Of a DNA stretch of 64,000 bases, positions 29,984-40,460 are shown one piece after another; the first letter of the stretch is position 1, and every line of letters starts with the position of its first letter. Source of the DNA: an uncultured archaeon (GTDB lineage Archaea; Thermoproteota; Bathyarchaeia; Bathyarchaeales; Bathycorpusculaceae); NCBI GenBank assembly GCA_963810275.1, contig CAWENF010000014.1, positions 96,001 to 160,000 on the forward strand, given 5' to 3'. The notes below the pieces were generated by a model, which was not told the DNA's origin, made no database searches, and saw only the letters and a program-made list of their open reading frames with translations. A program made the translations under genes and the position numbers.

Positions 29984-32057
29984 TTGAGCAAATATACTTT
30001 ATTAATCACCGAAAAACCCGACGCAGCCGCCCGAATCGCTGCAGCACTTGACCAAAAAGGCAAACCGGAACGGAATCAGAAAAACGGTGTCCCTTACTTC
30101 CGAGTCTGGCGAAACGGCGAAATCGTGGTTGTTCCAGCAATTGGACACCTCTACACGATCAAAAGCATCAAAAAATCCAGCAGCTTCCCAGTTTTCGATT
30201 ACAAATGGGTACCTAGATGGCAGGCAGAAAAGAAGGCAAGCAGAATCCGCACGTGGCTAAAAGTTATCTCGGATTTGGCAATGGATGCGGAGAGGTTTGT
30301 GGACGGCTGCGACTTCGACACAGAAGGCAGCATCATAGGCTACACCATACTCAAGTATGCCTGCAGCGAAAAACAAACCGTGGCTAAGCGTATGAAGTAC
30401 TCCACTCTCACCACGGAGGAACTGCAGCAAGCCTACGCCAACCTTATGCCGCACCTGGACTTCGCAATTATTCAATCGGGTCTGACACGGCACGAAATCG
30501 ACTGGCTTTACGGGATAAACCTGTCGCGGGCGCTTACGCAGGCGGCTAAGAAAGCCAGCGGCAGCTACTCTACACTCAGCACGGGCAGGGTGCAGGGTCC
30601 CACATTACGGTTTTTGGAGGAACGCGAAAAAGAAATCTGCACATTCGTACCAGCGCCCTACTGGAAGCTAAAAGCCAAAATCACGTTGGGCGACAGAGAT
30701 TTCGACGCAGAGCACACTGGGACACTGCAGATTAAAGCTGAAGCCGAAGAGTTCAAACGGCAGTGCAAGATTAAAACGGGTAAAATCCAAATTGTAAAGG
30801 TCTCGGAAACGGACGTGTTGCCGCCTGTACCGTTTGATTTAGGGGCGCTGCAAAGCGAAGCATACAAACTCTTCCGGATTAACCCTGTGAAAACCAGCAG
30901 TATCCTTCAGCGCCTCTACATCAACGCAGTTATCTCTTATCCCCGTACAAGCAGTCAGAAGCTGCCAGCAAGCATCGGATACAAACAGATTCTAAAAAAA
31001 CTCACCTCAGACCTATCCTACAACAGAAACGCAACTGAATTACTTGCAAAACGCGATTTAAAACCAAACGAGGGCAAAAAATTCGACCCGGCCCACCCAG
31101 CCATCTACCCCACAGGTAACTTGCCGCAGAAACCCCTAGATGAATTGAGTAAAAAAGTATTTGATCTTGTTGTCAAACGTTTCATGGCTGTATTCGCTGA
31201 CCCAGCGGTGAGGCAAAACATTGAAGTCATAGTGGATCGTGAACGGTGTGCCTTTCCGTTTCGGGTTAGCGCGCACTCTCAGGGAGGGCTGGTACAGGTT
31301 TTATCAGCCGTACGTGCAGGTTAAAGACGACAAACTTCCCACCTTAATCGAAGGCACCACTGTGGATGTGAAGCGGGTGACTCTTAAGGAGCATTTTACG
31401 CAGCCTCCGCCCCGCTATAACCCTCGCAGTCTTCTTCAGAAAATGGAGAAAGAAGAAATCGGAACAAAAGCTACACGCGCCGCCATAATCCAGACGCTTC
31501 ATGATCGCAAGTATCTCACTGGAAGCGACAGTTTCTGTGTAAGCGGATTGGGGCTTGAAGTCACTGAGGTTTTAGAGAAAATTTGTCTTGAAGTGATTAG
31601 TTCAGATATGACGCGGGAACTGGAGCAAAAGATGGATGCCATACAGTCGGGAAGCGAAACTAAAGACGCCGTGCTTAAGAATGCTGTAGAGACGTTGCAG
31701 CACGTTCTGGCTGAGCTTAAGGACAAAGAAGATGTGGTTGGAGCCCAGTTGTCCGAGGCGGTTGTACGGGCGAGGCAAATGGAGCGCTCGGTCGGCAAAT
31801 GCCCCACATGTAAAGACGGAGAGCTAATGCTTATTCATTCTAAAAAGACCGGGAAACGTTTTGTTGGATGCAACAACTACTTCAACAGTAAATGCAGCAC
31901 CGCGTATCCGTTGCCACAGACAGGTACAATCAAGCCTTTGGCGGCCCAATGTAAAAGCTGCGGCGCTCCCGTGGTTTCGGTTTATTATGCAGCTCGAAAG
32001 CCATGGCGCCTGTGTTTAAACCCGAAGTGTCCAACCAAGGAGACAAACAAGCCTTGA
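29984..32057 (+). CDS. topA: Type IA DNA topoisomerase with C-terminal zinc ribbons; apparent 1-nt insertion near 31238
   Basis: ITEKP, GHL, DFDTEG (TOPRIM), STGRVQ, catalytic SYPRT, GTKATR; the two ORFs join on removing one base. Confidence 0.93.
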
Positions 32058-32281
32058 AGTGCAAAGTCTGCCAAAGAGGCGCACAAGAAAAAGATTACTG
32101 CGAGCTGCATCTTAGAGCTTAGGAGTCTATATTGGATAGGTTTAAAGTTTGGCAACGGGCAATTGGGTTGCCATGGATGCAGTATATAGAGGAGATTCAG
32201 AAAAATTCATTAACTGGAGAATGGGCTAAAGAAGTAGCAAAGCAACTAATTAGAGAAGAGAGCAAAGATGTCCAAAGTTAG
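32054..32281 (+). CDS. Small Cys/His zinc-binding hypothetical protein with an in-frame TAG at 32120
   Basis: MKCKVC...YCELHLRA*ESILDRFKVWQRA...W..YIEEIQKNSLTGEWAKEVA; overlaps the topA stop and the next start. Confidence 0.6.
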
Positions 32282-32690
32282 AAAAACCTCTGAGAACGTT
32301 TCGTTTTCTCTTAGTCGATGGTTCCGCAAAATGTACAGCAATGCTCCGACAACGTTCATAGTTACTACAGTGGGAATTTGCTACGCGATTTTTCTCTTCG
32401 GTGGCGGATTGTACGCTCTTATTACCCAGCCTGCTCCAGCGTTGTCTTTGCAGAGCGGACGTATCCTGTTTCTTTATCCAGACATAAGCAGCCAACTGGG
32501 AGGAGACACATTTGTTTCAATAATCCTGTATTCACTTGGCTTCTTTGGAGTCTTATCAATTTACCAAAGCACAAAAAGCGCAGCTAAACCCAAACAGGCA
32601 TATATGCTGCTTATTGCAGGTATTGCGTTGCTGGCACTTTCATACATTTTCCTTGAAAGTGCGGTTTACTTTAAGCTCAACCCGAGCTAA
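32268..32690 (+). CDS. OST3/OST6-family (OSTC/DC2-like) three-TM protein
   Basis: FLFGGGLYALITQP...LFLYPDISSQLGGDTFVSIILYSLGFFG...YFKL parallels DC2 FLITGGIIYDVIVEPP...QYIMEG...MKL. Confidence 0.65.
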   Translation: MSKVRKTSENVSFSLSRWFRKMYSNAPTTFIVTTVGICYAIFLFGGGLYALITQPAPALSLQSGRILFLYPDISSQLGGDTFVSIILYSLGFFGVLSIYQSTKSAAKPKQAYMLLIAGIALLALSYIFLESAVYFKLNPS

Positions 32691-32795
32691 ACCAATTTCT
32701 TTCTTTCGTACAGATATTTTGAGTTTTTATATAAAGCCACAAATGTAGTTTTAAAGTAAATTTTAAAGTAAACAGAATAAAGAAGAAAATTTTGA

Positions 32796-33314
32796 TTACC
32801 ACGGGTGTTTCTTTAACTTCAACTTGTACGCGAAGTAATTAGTCAATAAATGAATAGGTGGCGTAAGCATTAGCACCGTCACAATCACAGGCCAAGTTAA
32901 ACCAACCCAGTTAATCAAAGCAAGCGGCAACGCAAACACCACTGCACCTACCACAAAGTCAATTTGGTCCACTACAGGCAGCAAACCACCTGGTGCGATG
33001 CTGAGCCGCCGTTTAATGAACGCGCCCGTCAAATCACCTAATAACGCACCCAGCGGGATAAGCACAGCAAACATAACAGGGTAGCTGTCGAAACCGAACA
33101 CGAAGCCTTCCAGCAACCCCACAAAAAGGCCAACCGCCCAACCGAAAAAAAAGCCCCGCCAAGTCTTGTTATTGCCAAAAATCCGTTTGCCGTCTATGAA
33201 GTTTCTGCCAAAATCCATTTTTTCGCCGCCACCTACCAAAACGGGAGTACCGTTGGCACAGTACGCAGGGAAAATGAATTTTAGAGCTTCAACCAGTAAG
33301 AGGACGATATCCAT
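32796..33314 (-). CDS. carS: CDP-archaeol synthase
   Basis: PAYCANGTP, DGKRIFG.NKTWRG, GDL.G.FIKRR, DQIDF. Confidence 0.93.
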   Translation of the reverse strand: MDIVLLLVEALKFIFPAYCANGTPVLVGGGEKMDFGRNFIDGKRIFGNNKTWRGFFFGWAVGLFVGLLEGFVFGFDSYPVMFAVLIPLGALLGDLTGAFIKRRLSIAPGGLLPVVDQIDFVVGAVVFALPLALINWVGLTWPVIVTVLMLTPPIHLLTNYFAYKLKLKKHPW

Positions 33315-33332
33315 TGCTTTTTCAACCGTAAT

Positions 33333-34022
33333 TTAGCGGCTTTGTGTATCTCTTATTCCGCCTACCCCTATTTGTATGTAGCACAATGCTGGAATTGTAT
33401 TTTGGGGAGCTTTCTCTATTATGGCTGTGATAGTCTGGGGTTGGTATGCGGGTTTGAGGAAGAGGATTGTGTCCGCCCAGAATTTTAGCACTCGGGTGGC
33501 TACGGGGCGCACGCTTTCCGTTGGTTCTGTTATGACGCTTCTGACTTGGCTTGTCATTAGTAGGGGGATTTTTTTTGTTTTCACTACCTGCGCCAAAATC
33601 GCCAAATGCCTGTTAAGCTCGCGATTGATGCTAAACGCTTTGGGGAATTCAGCTGCTTTGGCGCTATAGAGTGAGGTGAAGGTGTCTACGACTATTAGGC
33701 CGACGTTTACGGCGTAGTCGCCTATTTGCTCGATTAGGGCTGTTTGCTCACGGAAGTCTTTGGGTTTCACCAAAACGATGCGTTCTGCCACTTCATCGAA
33801 ATATTCACCTGCTAATTGTGAAAGCCGTTTGGTTGAGAAGGTGTTGTCACAGTCCACGTAGAGCACTTTTTGTTTCAGCATGGCGCAGGCGACCGCGCAT
33901 TGGAGGGCAAAGGTGGATTTGCCTGTTTCGGGCTCACCGTAGACGAGCATGATTGTTTCTGGGTTTATGCCTCCGCCGATGGCTTCGTCGATGCATTTAC
34001 AGCAAGTGGAGATTTGTGGCAT
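33333..34022 (-). CDS. radB: DNA repair protein RadB
   Basis: YGEPETGKST, IVVDT, lacks the RadA N-terminal domain. Confidence 0.85.
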   Translation of the reverse strand: MPQISTCCKCIDEAIGGGINPETIMLVYGEPETGKSTFALQCAVACAMLKQKVLYVDCDNTFSTKRLSQLAGEYFDEVAERIVLVKPKDFREQTALIEQIGDYAVNVGLIVVDTFTSLYSAKAAEFPKAFSINRELNRHLAILAQVVKTKKIPLLMTSQVRSVITEPTESVRPVATRVLKFWADTILFLKPAYQPQTITAIIEKAPQNTIPALCYIQIGVGGIRDTQSR

Positions 34023-34097
34023 ATAATCACTTAAGCATTATATTAGGGTAGATAGATAATTTGTTTTGCACTTAAACCTGATCCTTAAGGGTGATTT

Positions 34098-34763
34098 ATG
34101 AAGGAAAATGTCGCTGTTGCTACGATACAGGGAAAGGCTTACTTTTTGTTAGTTAGCGCCCTCAAAGATGAAGGCATCAGCTTTATCAGCCTAATTCCCG
34201 GCGAAGCCATCCCCGCCAGAGTAAAAGTCGTCTTAACCACCCCCGAGGAGAAAGCCAAAGTTGACTATAATAAAATCCTGGTTTTAGAATGTGATCAAGA
34301 GGTAGATTCACTTGTTGTTGAAGTGAAAAAGGTGCTTTTAGACAAAGAAGCTTGCGAACGCATAGTTGTCGGCATCGACCCTGGTCAAGCCATAGGGTTA
34401 GCGGTTATTGCAGACGGCAAAGTCATCGAGGAAGCAACCTGTCGAAGCAGTAGAGAAGTCACAAACACCATTCTTAAAGTGCTTAAAACCGTAGATTTTT
34501 CAGCTACCAATGTATCAGTCAAGGTGGGAAATGGTGTTCCAGTTTACCGAGAGTTAACTCGGGACCTCGACGACGCCATGCCCCCAGAAGTGTATCTCGA
34601 AGTAGTTGGAGAAGCAGGAACCAACCGCCCACAAAAGGTGCACAGCCGAAAAGTTAGGCATATATCTTCCGCAATACGTATAGCTGGAAGAACCGGACAA
34701 ATAGTGAAACGGAGAGGGAAAAATGCAGCAGAAAGTACAGATGAACAGGACTATGCTTATTGA
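34098..34763 (+). CDS. Hypothetical protein with RNase H-like (YqgF/Tex-like) domain
   Basis: VVGIDPGQAIGLAV, KVGNG, VVGEAGT, SAIRIA. Confidence 0.6.
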   Translation: MKENVAVATIQGKAYFLLVSALKDEGISFISLIPGEAIPARVKVVLTTPEEKAKVDYNKILVLECDQEVDSLVVEVKKVLLDKEACERIVVGIDPGQAIGLAVIADGKVIEEATCRSSREVTNTILKVLKTVDFSATNVSVKVGNGVPVYRELTRDLDDAMPPEVYLEVVGEAGTNRPQKVHSRKVRHISSAIRIAGRTGQIVKRRGKNAAESTDEQDYAY

Positions 34764-35817
34764 TGGTCCAGCTTCGGTGGAGCTTGTTAGTGGTAAAGCC
34801 GAAGTTTTCGCGTCCCCCCTCCAACGAGCCGAACGTGTTCTGGTTCGAGATGGCAAACGTATGCCCTTCTATGTATCTGAAAACGCAGAGTTCAACGTTT
34901 TTCTAGGAGCAAACGCAGCCATAGCCGAAGTCGAAGGAAATAGCGTACCCGAGTCTTGGTGCAAACCAGTGCAAACCGCCCTTGAACTGCAAAAGAAACC
35001 CGTCGTCATCATAGTTTTGGGCGCGGTGGATTCGGGAAAAAGCAGCTTCATCACTTACCTGCTAAACAGGTTTGTAGCCCATCAGCGCAGAGTGGCAGTG
35101 TTAGATGGTGACTTGGGACAATCCGACATTGGACCCGCAGCCAGCGTCGGCTTAGGCTTAGCCACAAAACCCGTCTCCGACATCCGCAACCTGAAAATGC
35201 GAAACGGTTTCTTCGTCGGCGTCACCTCCCCCTCGCTGGCCGCTAAAAAAGCGGTGAAAGGTTTAGCCTCCATGAAAAACGAAGCGGAAAACCGCGAATC
35301 AGACTATATACTAGTCAACACTGACGGGTACGTAGCAGGAGCTGACGCAGTCAGCTACAAGCTGGAAATAATCAAGGAACTTAAGCCCGACATCGTTGTC
35401 GCCGTGCAAGTTCAAACTGAGTTGGAGCCCATCTTGAGTTGTTTGGGAGGCGGAGGCGTTATGACCGTGGAGCCCTCACCAGCAGCATGCATAAGGTCGC
35501 CTGAGAAACGCAGAACCATCCGAGAAAGAAACTACGCTAAACATATCAAAAACGGCAAACTCCACTGCATCCCCATCAGCCAAGTAACCCTTGAACCTCG
35601 CAACGGGGTCCCCAAAACCATGGCAGCCCAAAAAGGCATCTTAATGGGGTTATACGGGGCAGGTAACAAGTTTTTAGGTATAGGCGTCCTTCGCGCAGTA
35701 AACGTGACCAGACGTACCCTAAAAATTCAAACCTCAGTCGGCACCAAACCGATGCGGCTGGTATTTGGCAAGGTGCTGCTTAACACAAAACTTCAAGAAG
35801 TCGAAGCACAGACTTGA
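34723..35817 (+). CDS. Clp1/Grc3/Nol9-family polynucleotide 5'-OH kinase
   Basis: GAVDSGKSS, DGDLGQSDIGP, VNTDG, RRTIRE clasp. Confidence 0.9.
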   Translation: MQQKVQMNRTMLIDGPASVELVSGKAEVFASPLQRAERVLVRDGKRMPFYVSENAEFNVFLGANAAIAEVEGNSVPESWCKPVQTALELQKKPVVIIVLGAVDSGKSSFITYLLNRFVAHQRRVAVLDGDLGQSDIGPAASVGLGLATKPVSDIRNLKMRNGFFVGVTSPSLAAKKAVKGLASMKNEAENRESDYILVNTDGYVAGADAVSYKLEIIKELKPDIVVAVQVQTELEPILSCLGGGGVMTVEPSPAACIRSPEKRRTIRERNYAKHIKNGKLHCIPISQVTLEPRNGVPKTMAAQKGILMGLYGAGNKFLGIGVLRAVNVTRRTLKIQTSVGTKPMRLVFGKVLLNTKLQEVEAQT

Positions 35818-37739
35818 GTGGAGAAAAACTCCGCCACATCTTTTGCCAGAAAACCCGGCTTGTCGGGGATGCAACGCATGCCTTTTGTCACCCAAGACGG
35901 GATGAAGTTTTTTAGATAATTGCTTCCGAAGCGGTAGTCAAGGAAGAGTATAGCGCCGTAGTCTTCGAGTGTTCGGATGGGGCGTCCTGCGGCTTGGCAG
36001 GCTTTCTTCATCGCGGGCAAGATATAGCCGTACTCTCTGCCTCTGCCGGGAAAGCGTTCCTCGTAGTATTCTATTTGGGCTTTAACTCGAGGCGTCGGCT
36101 CAGCATACGGCACACCTACAACCATAACCGAGTTCATTTGGTTTCCAGGGAAATCCACTCCCTCCGAGGTTCTACCGCCCTGCACACCCATAAACACGGC
36201 ACCTCCCTTGTCTCCGCAGGCTTTGAAGTCCTGCACGAGTTTCTCGTTATCTTTGCTGCTCATTCCACTCTTCTCGTAGTACAGCGGTTTTAGCAGTGAC
36301 TGCTCTAAACCCTCTTGTAGTAGGCCGTTGAGGACTTGGAAGCTGGCTGTGAATATACCTGTGTTGGTTGGGGTGCTGTTGACGACTTCGTTTATACGTT
36401 CAATCATGGTCTGGTACATTTTGGGGGTGCGCTGCTCCATCGATGTAGACACGCCAGAGACGACGGCAGAGAAAACGTGTTCTTTGGGGAAAGGGGAAGG
36501 CGCCAAAAACTGCACGGTGCTTGCAGGGAGCTTGGTTATACGGGCGTATGCTTCCAGCGGTTGCAATGTACCCGACATGATGACGTTAGCGTAGGTTGCG
36601 GAGAAGACGGGTTCAGTGATTTTGGCTGGGTCCAACGCTACGATTTCGAGTTTAGCCGACTTGCTGCCGTCCTTACTAAAGTACTTGCTCGCCACGTTGA
36701 TGTAGGACATGTCGTTGACTGTGTCCAGCCAGCGGTTAAGGAAGTCGGCGGTGGCGTTGACGTAGCTTCGGGGGTTCTTGCCCTCTGCAAGTAGCGCCTT
36801 TTTAATTGCCACACCCGCTTCATGCATGTGGATAAAGAAGTCCCTTGGGCGAGGGATGTTGCCCTGTTTCTCTATGATTTCCACGATGCGGCTTGCTGAA
36901 ATAATCTCTTCTTTGCGGATTTTATCTGTTAATGTGTCGACTTCTTGGCGGAAGAAGTGGATGAATTCTTCGATGTCTTTGTAGCCGAACCGCTCTGCCT
37001 CCATCTCCGCCAGCCGCAGAATGAAGAGTGTTAGTTGGCTGCTTGAGATGTCTACGGCGGTTTCGGGAAGGTTGTGGGCTTCGTCTACGACAAGTATGAT
37101 TTTGGAGAGGTCGGCTTCAATGTTTTTGAGGAATGGCGTACGGATTTGCTGGTCAAAAACATACAGGTAGCTCAACGCTATGACTCTCGCGTCGTGAACT
37201 GCGCCCTTAACAAGTTCGTAGGGGCAAATCTCGGTTCGTTTGCAGGTTTTGAGGATTTCGGATCCCATGTAGGGTTTTGTGCAGAGTTGCTGCTGCATCC
37301 GAAGGTACTCGTATGTGCGGTTCTCAACGTTACGGTAGTAAGGGCAGCGTCCTTTGGATTTTAGCAGCTCGCAGACTTCCATGAGCGATTTGGAGTCGAA
37401 TGCACCCTTGGAGGCGAACGCGTTTATGCACATCTCGTTACGGCCCCGAATTGACACACCCGTGACTGGCCGCCGTTTGTAGACCTGTCGGAGTTCGTCA
37501 ATGACGCGGTCATGCTGGCGATGCGTTCGGGCGACGTAGAGGATTTTGAGGTTCTTCTTCATCGCTATAGGCAGCACGGCGGAGAGTGAACTGATGGTTT
37601 TTCCTAAACCGTTGGCGCCTTCGATTAAAACGGATTTGCGATCGTTGACGGCTTGGTTAACTGTTGTAATGAATTCGTCTTGGTGGGGGCGGGCGTCGCT
37701 GTAGGGGAAGTACTCGATGACTTCGGTTGGCAGCTTCAT
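35793..37739 (-). CDS. xpd: XPD/Rad3-family Fe-S DNA helicase
   Basis: GANGLGKT, Fe-S cysteines, VDEAHN, SGTL, SEGVDF, QAAGRPIR. Confidence 0.93.
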   Translation of the reverse strand: MKLPTEVIEYFPYSDARPHQDEFITTVNQAVNDRKSVLIEGANGLGKTISSLSAVLPIAMKKNLKILYVARTHRQHDRVIDELRQVYKRRPVTGVSIRGRNEMCINAFASKGAFDSKSLMEVCELLKSKGRCPYYRNVENRTYEYLRMQQQLCTKPYMGSEILKTCKRTEICPYELVKGAVHDARVIALSYLYVFDQQIRTPFLKNIEADLSKIILVVDEAHNLPETAVDISSSQLTLFILRLAEMEAERFGYKDIEEFIHFFRQEVDTLTDKIRKEEIISASRIVEIIEKQGNIPRPRDFFIHMHEAGVAIKKALLAEGKNPRSYVNATADFLNRWLDTVNDMSYINVASKYFSKDGSKSAKLEIVALDPAKITEPVFSATYANVIMSGTLQPLEAYARITKLPASTVQFLAPSPFPKEHVFSAVVSGVSTSMEQRTPKMYQTMIERINEVVNSTPTNTGIFTASFQVLNGLLQEGLEQSLLKPLYYEKSGMSSKDNEKLVQDFKACGDKGGAVFMGVQGGRTSEGVDFPGNQMNSVMVVGVPYAEPTPRVKAQIEYYEERFPGRGREYGYILPAMKKACQAAGRPIRTLEDYGAILFLDYRFGSNYLKNFIPSWVTKGMRCIPDKPGFLAKDVAEFFSTQVCASTS

Positions 37740-38407
37740 CTGTGGCGTCCTCCCGTTAGAGGGCAGTACTGGTTAACTGGGCAGGTGGAGCAGAGGGGAT
37801 TGTGTGCTTTGCAGTATTTCCGTCCAAGTCCGATAAGGAGCAGGTGCACAGCGAGGTAATCTTCGGGTTTGAAATATGCTTGTAAGCTTAAGCGGACAGC
37901 ATTGTAGCCGCCCAATAGAGGAGCAAGCCCAAGCCGCCTCGACACACGGTTAACATGAGTATCCACAGGTATGGTGGGTTTACTTGCACTGAAAAGCAGT
38001 ACTACATCAGCGGTTTTTGGTCCGACTCCCTGCATCGACATGAACACCTTGCGCGCTTCCTCCAGGGGCATTTCAAGTATTGTGTCGAGTGAGCCGCCGT
38101 AGCAATCAAGAATGACTTGGGAGGCTGCTTTGATGGCTTCCGCCTTGGCCTGCCACAACCCAGCCACCTTGATGCAATCTTCAATCTGGCTTACGGGGGC
38201 AGCTGCAAGCGCTTTAGGAGTTAACTTAAGGTTTTCTTCGAGCTTTCTGTATGCTCGCTCGGTGTTGGTGTCGGCGGTGTTCTGAGAAATAATCGTGGCA
38301 ACCAGCGTCTCAAACGCGTCGGGACCGGCTTTGACTGGTCGCGGCATCTTCAGCGTCTCCTTTAAGGTGGATAGAATTGCTGCTGAATTTTGTTGATTTG
38401 CCGTCAC
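37736..38407 (-). CDS. nth: Endonuclease III
   Basis: HhH GVGPKTA, PVDTHV.R, C-x6-C-x2-C-x5-C. Confidence 0.95.
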   Translation of the reverse strand: MTANQQNSAAILSTLKETLKMPRPVKAGPDAFETLVATIISQNTADTNTERAYRKLEENLKLTPKALAAAPVSQIEDCIKVAGLWQAKAEAIKAASQVILDCYGGSLDTILEMPLEEARKVFMSMQGVGPKTADVVLLFSASKPTIPVDTHVNRVSRRLGLAPLLGGYNAVRLSLQAYFKPEDYLAVHLLLIGLGRKYCKAHNPLCSTCPVNQYCPLTGGRHR

Positions 38408-38684
38408 GTCCGCCCTCGCTTAATGTTTACTGCGAATAGTGCTTGTTCTGGCTATAAATACCATCTTAACAGGAAAAACGAAAAGCCAATAGAAAAAGCA
38501 CTAAAGGAATTCTTTTCGATCGTTAAGTAATTAGGCAAGAACAACCAGCCAGCAAACATTGAAGCTTCAAAATCTCGCATTGTCCGTGTCCAAAGCCGCT
38601 TCGTCCCATATTGCAAATCATGTCACCTATGAGGAAAGTCAGAATCTGTGCTAAAGTGACCAGACCACTTAGCCAGTACTGCTG

Positions 38685-39557
38685 CTATAGTCGTGTTAGT
38701 TGAACCAGCTTATCCCACAATTTATTTCCCAATTCCTCGTCATTCATGGCTCTATCGGGTCTTCCAACTCGCTTATCCAACTTAAACAAAGCGCCATTAA
38801 GTTCGGCACGGTTTTGATAGGAAAAGAATAGATTCGCAATAGGTTCACCCGCAACCATAGGCGTCTTCGCAAAGAGTGATGATAATACTTGCCAGAAGAA
38901 CCCCATAAACCCAGTGGGCCACCTTTTTTTCAGCTCTGGGTCCGATTTATCGATGATGAACGTAGGATTAAATGCTACAGAGGTTATCTCTCCAGCGTAC
39001 CGTCTAGCAATTTCACCAGCGATTGCTCGGTTGCATGTCTTGGTTTTGTTGTATGCAGAGGTTGTTTTGTGTTTTTTGATGCTTTCAAGGTCATTCCAGT
39101 CGAGTTCTTCATTGAAGGGTGCAATCACGTGAAGAACCAATCCGCCTGATTGCTGCAGGCGCTCTAACATCAACTGGGTGAACAGAAAAGGTCCCATAAC
39201 GTTTGTGGCAAACATCACTTCGTGACCGCTAGGCAGAATGTTTGGGCCGTTTTGGATTAGCGTAACAGAAGATAAAACCAGACCGTTTATGGTTGGAAAT
39301 CTTTGCAGAGCCTCTGCGGCTGCCTGCCTTACAGAGTCCATGTCTGAGAAGTCAACAACCAATTCGGCAATATCCGATTCTTGGCTTTCAATATTGGCTT
39401 CTGATAAAGCCACACGGATATAATCTGTCTCAGCATCTAAAGTTTCTAGCTTGCGCCCCAGCAATACAACGTTAGCTCCACGTTTGGCCAACGCTAATGC
39501 AGCACCTTTTCCAACATTTCCTGTTGCACCAGCAATCAAAATTGTCTGCTTATCCAT
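38685..39557 (-). CDS. Short-chain dehydrogenase/reductase
   Basis: GATGNVGKG, ATNVMGPF, YNKTK. Confidence 0.88.
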   Translation of the reverse strand: MDKQTILIAGATGNVGKGAALALAKRGANVVLLGRKLETLDAETDYIRVALSEANIESQESDIAELVVDFSDMDSVRQAAAEALQRFPTINGLVLSSVTLIQNGPNILPSGHEVMFATNVMGPFLFTQLMLERLQQSGGLVLHVIAPFNEELDWNDLESIKKHKTTSAYNKTKTCNRAIAGEIARRYAGEITSVAFNPTFIIDKSDPELKKRWPTGFMGFFWQVLSSLFAKTPMVAGEPIANLFFSYQNRAELNGALFKLDKRVGRPDRAMNDEELGNKLWDKLVQLTRL

Positions 39558-40112
39558 TTCAATAACCTAATTTTTTCATCTATTAAAAGAGCATTAAAAG
39601 TAGTTTAAGTATTATGAACAAAAATCGCCATGGCTTTCAAGTTCTTTTCGCGCCTTGTTGGCATCAAGCTTTTTCCGGTTTTTTCTTTGTGCTATACATT
39701 GTCCACACCCACGCGGGTTTTCTCAACATGGATGTATGTTGGGTGTCACGGAAAGTCCTTTGCCACATGGCGTCAAAAAAAGAACTACAAGCATTCCCAA
39801 AAAGCAATTGCAGACACAGCATATATTTTTGTGCCATAAAAGCCACCACACCCACATATAGAGACAAAGCAATCAACAAAGCTGCAAAAGGTAATTCTGC
39901 ATTTAAAATGCTTAGCACAGCCAAACAGCAACCAAACCCACAAACAGACACTAAAACAGGTGCAATTACATCGCCTGACAGGAAGAAGAAGTACATTAGG
40001 TCAATACGCCACATCTTATAGTCCAAAAAACAAAAACATGAAACTAAACAAACCCATCCAAAAGGTAAATATTTTAAACCCAACATCCCAGCATAAACAT
40101 AGGGCTTCAGGC

Positions 40113-40460
40113 ATGTCCATTTCAGACAACATCAAAAACATTAACCGAGCCCAAATCTCAGCACTCGGATTCTTCGTAGTCGCAGGCATCCTGCTATTAG
40201 CCATGTGCCCCTGTCCAGTTACCCGCCGCACCTGGGTTTTTTGGGTATAGTTAGCCTCATAACCGCCTACAGCATCCTCACTAAGCGTCCATGGGCAAAC
40301 TGGCTAATCTTCATCCTCGTTATAATCAACACGGTTTTCGGATTATACACTCTCTCAGCGGTTGGCTTAAGCAACATCATAGTTGCAGCTGCATCATTAG
40401 CCTACACAGCGTTAACATTGGCAATAGCGGCAGTTTTCTGGTATTCAAACGAAAAGACTA
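40113..40460 (+). CDS. Small multi-TM membrane protein (frameshift near 40205; end approximate)
   Basis: MSISDNIK...FFVVAGILLL joins PLSSYPPHLGFLGIVSL...; four hydrophobic segments. Confidence 0.55.

Noticed and set aside
39614-40086. Overlapping ORFs on both strands between the SDR and the membrane-protein gene
   Set aside because: The coding strand cannot be determined; the minus-strand hydrophobic ORF is plausible but unsupported.
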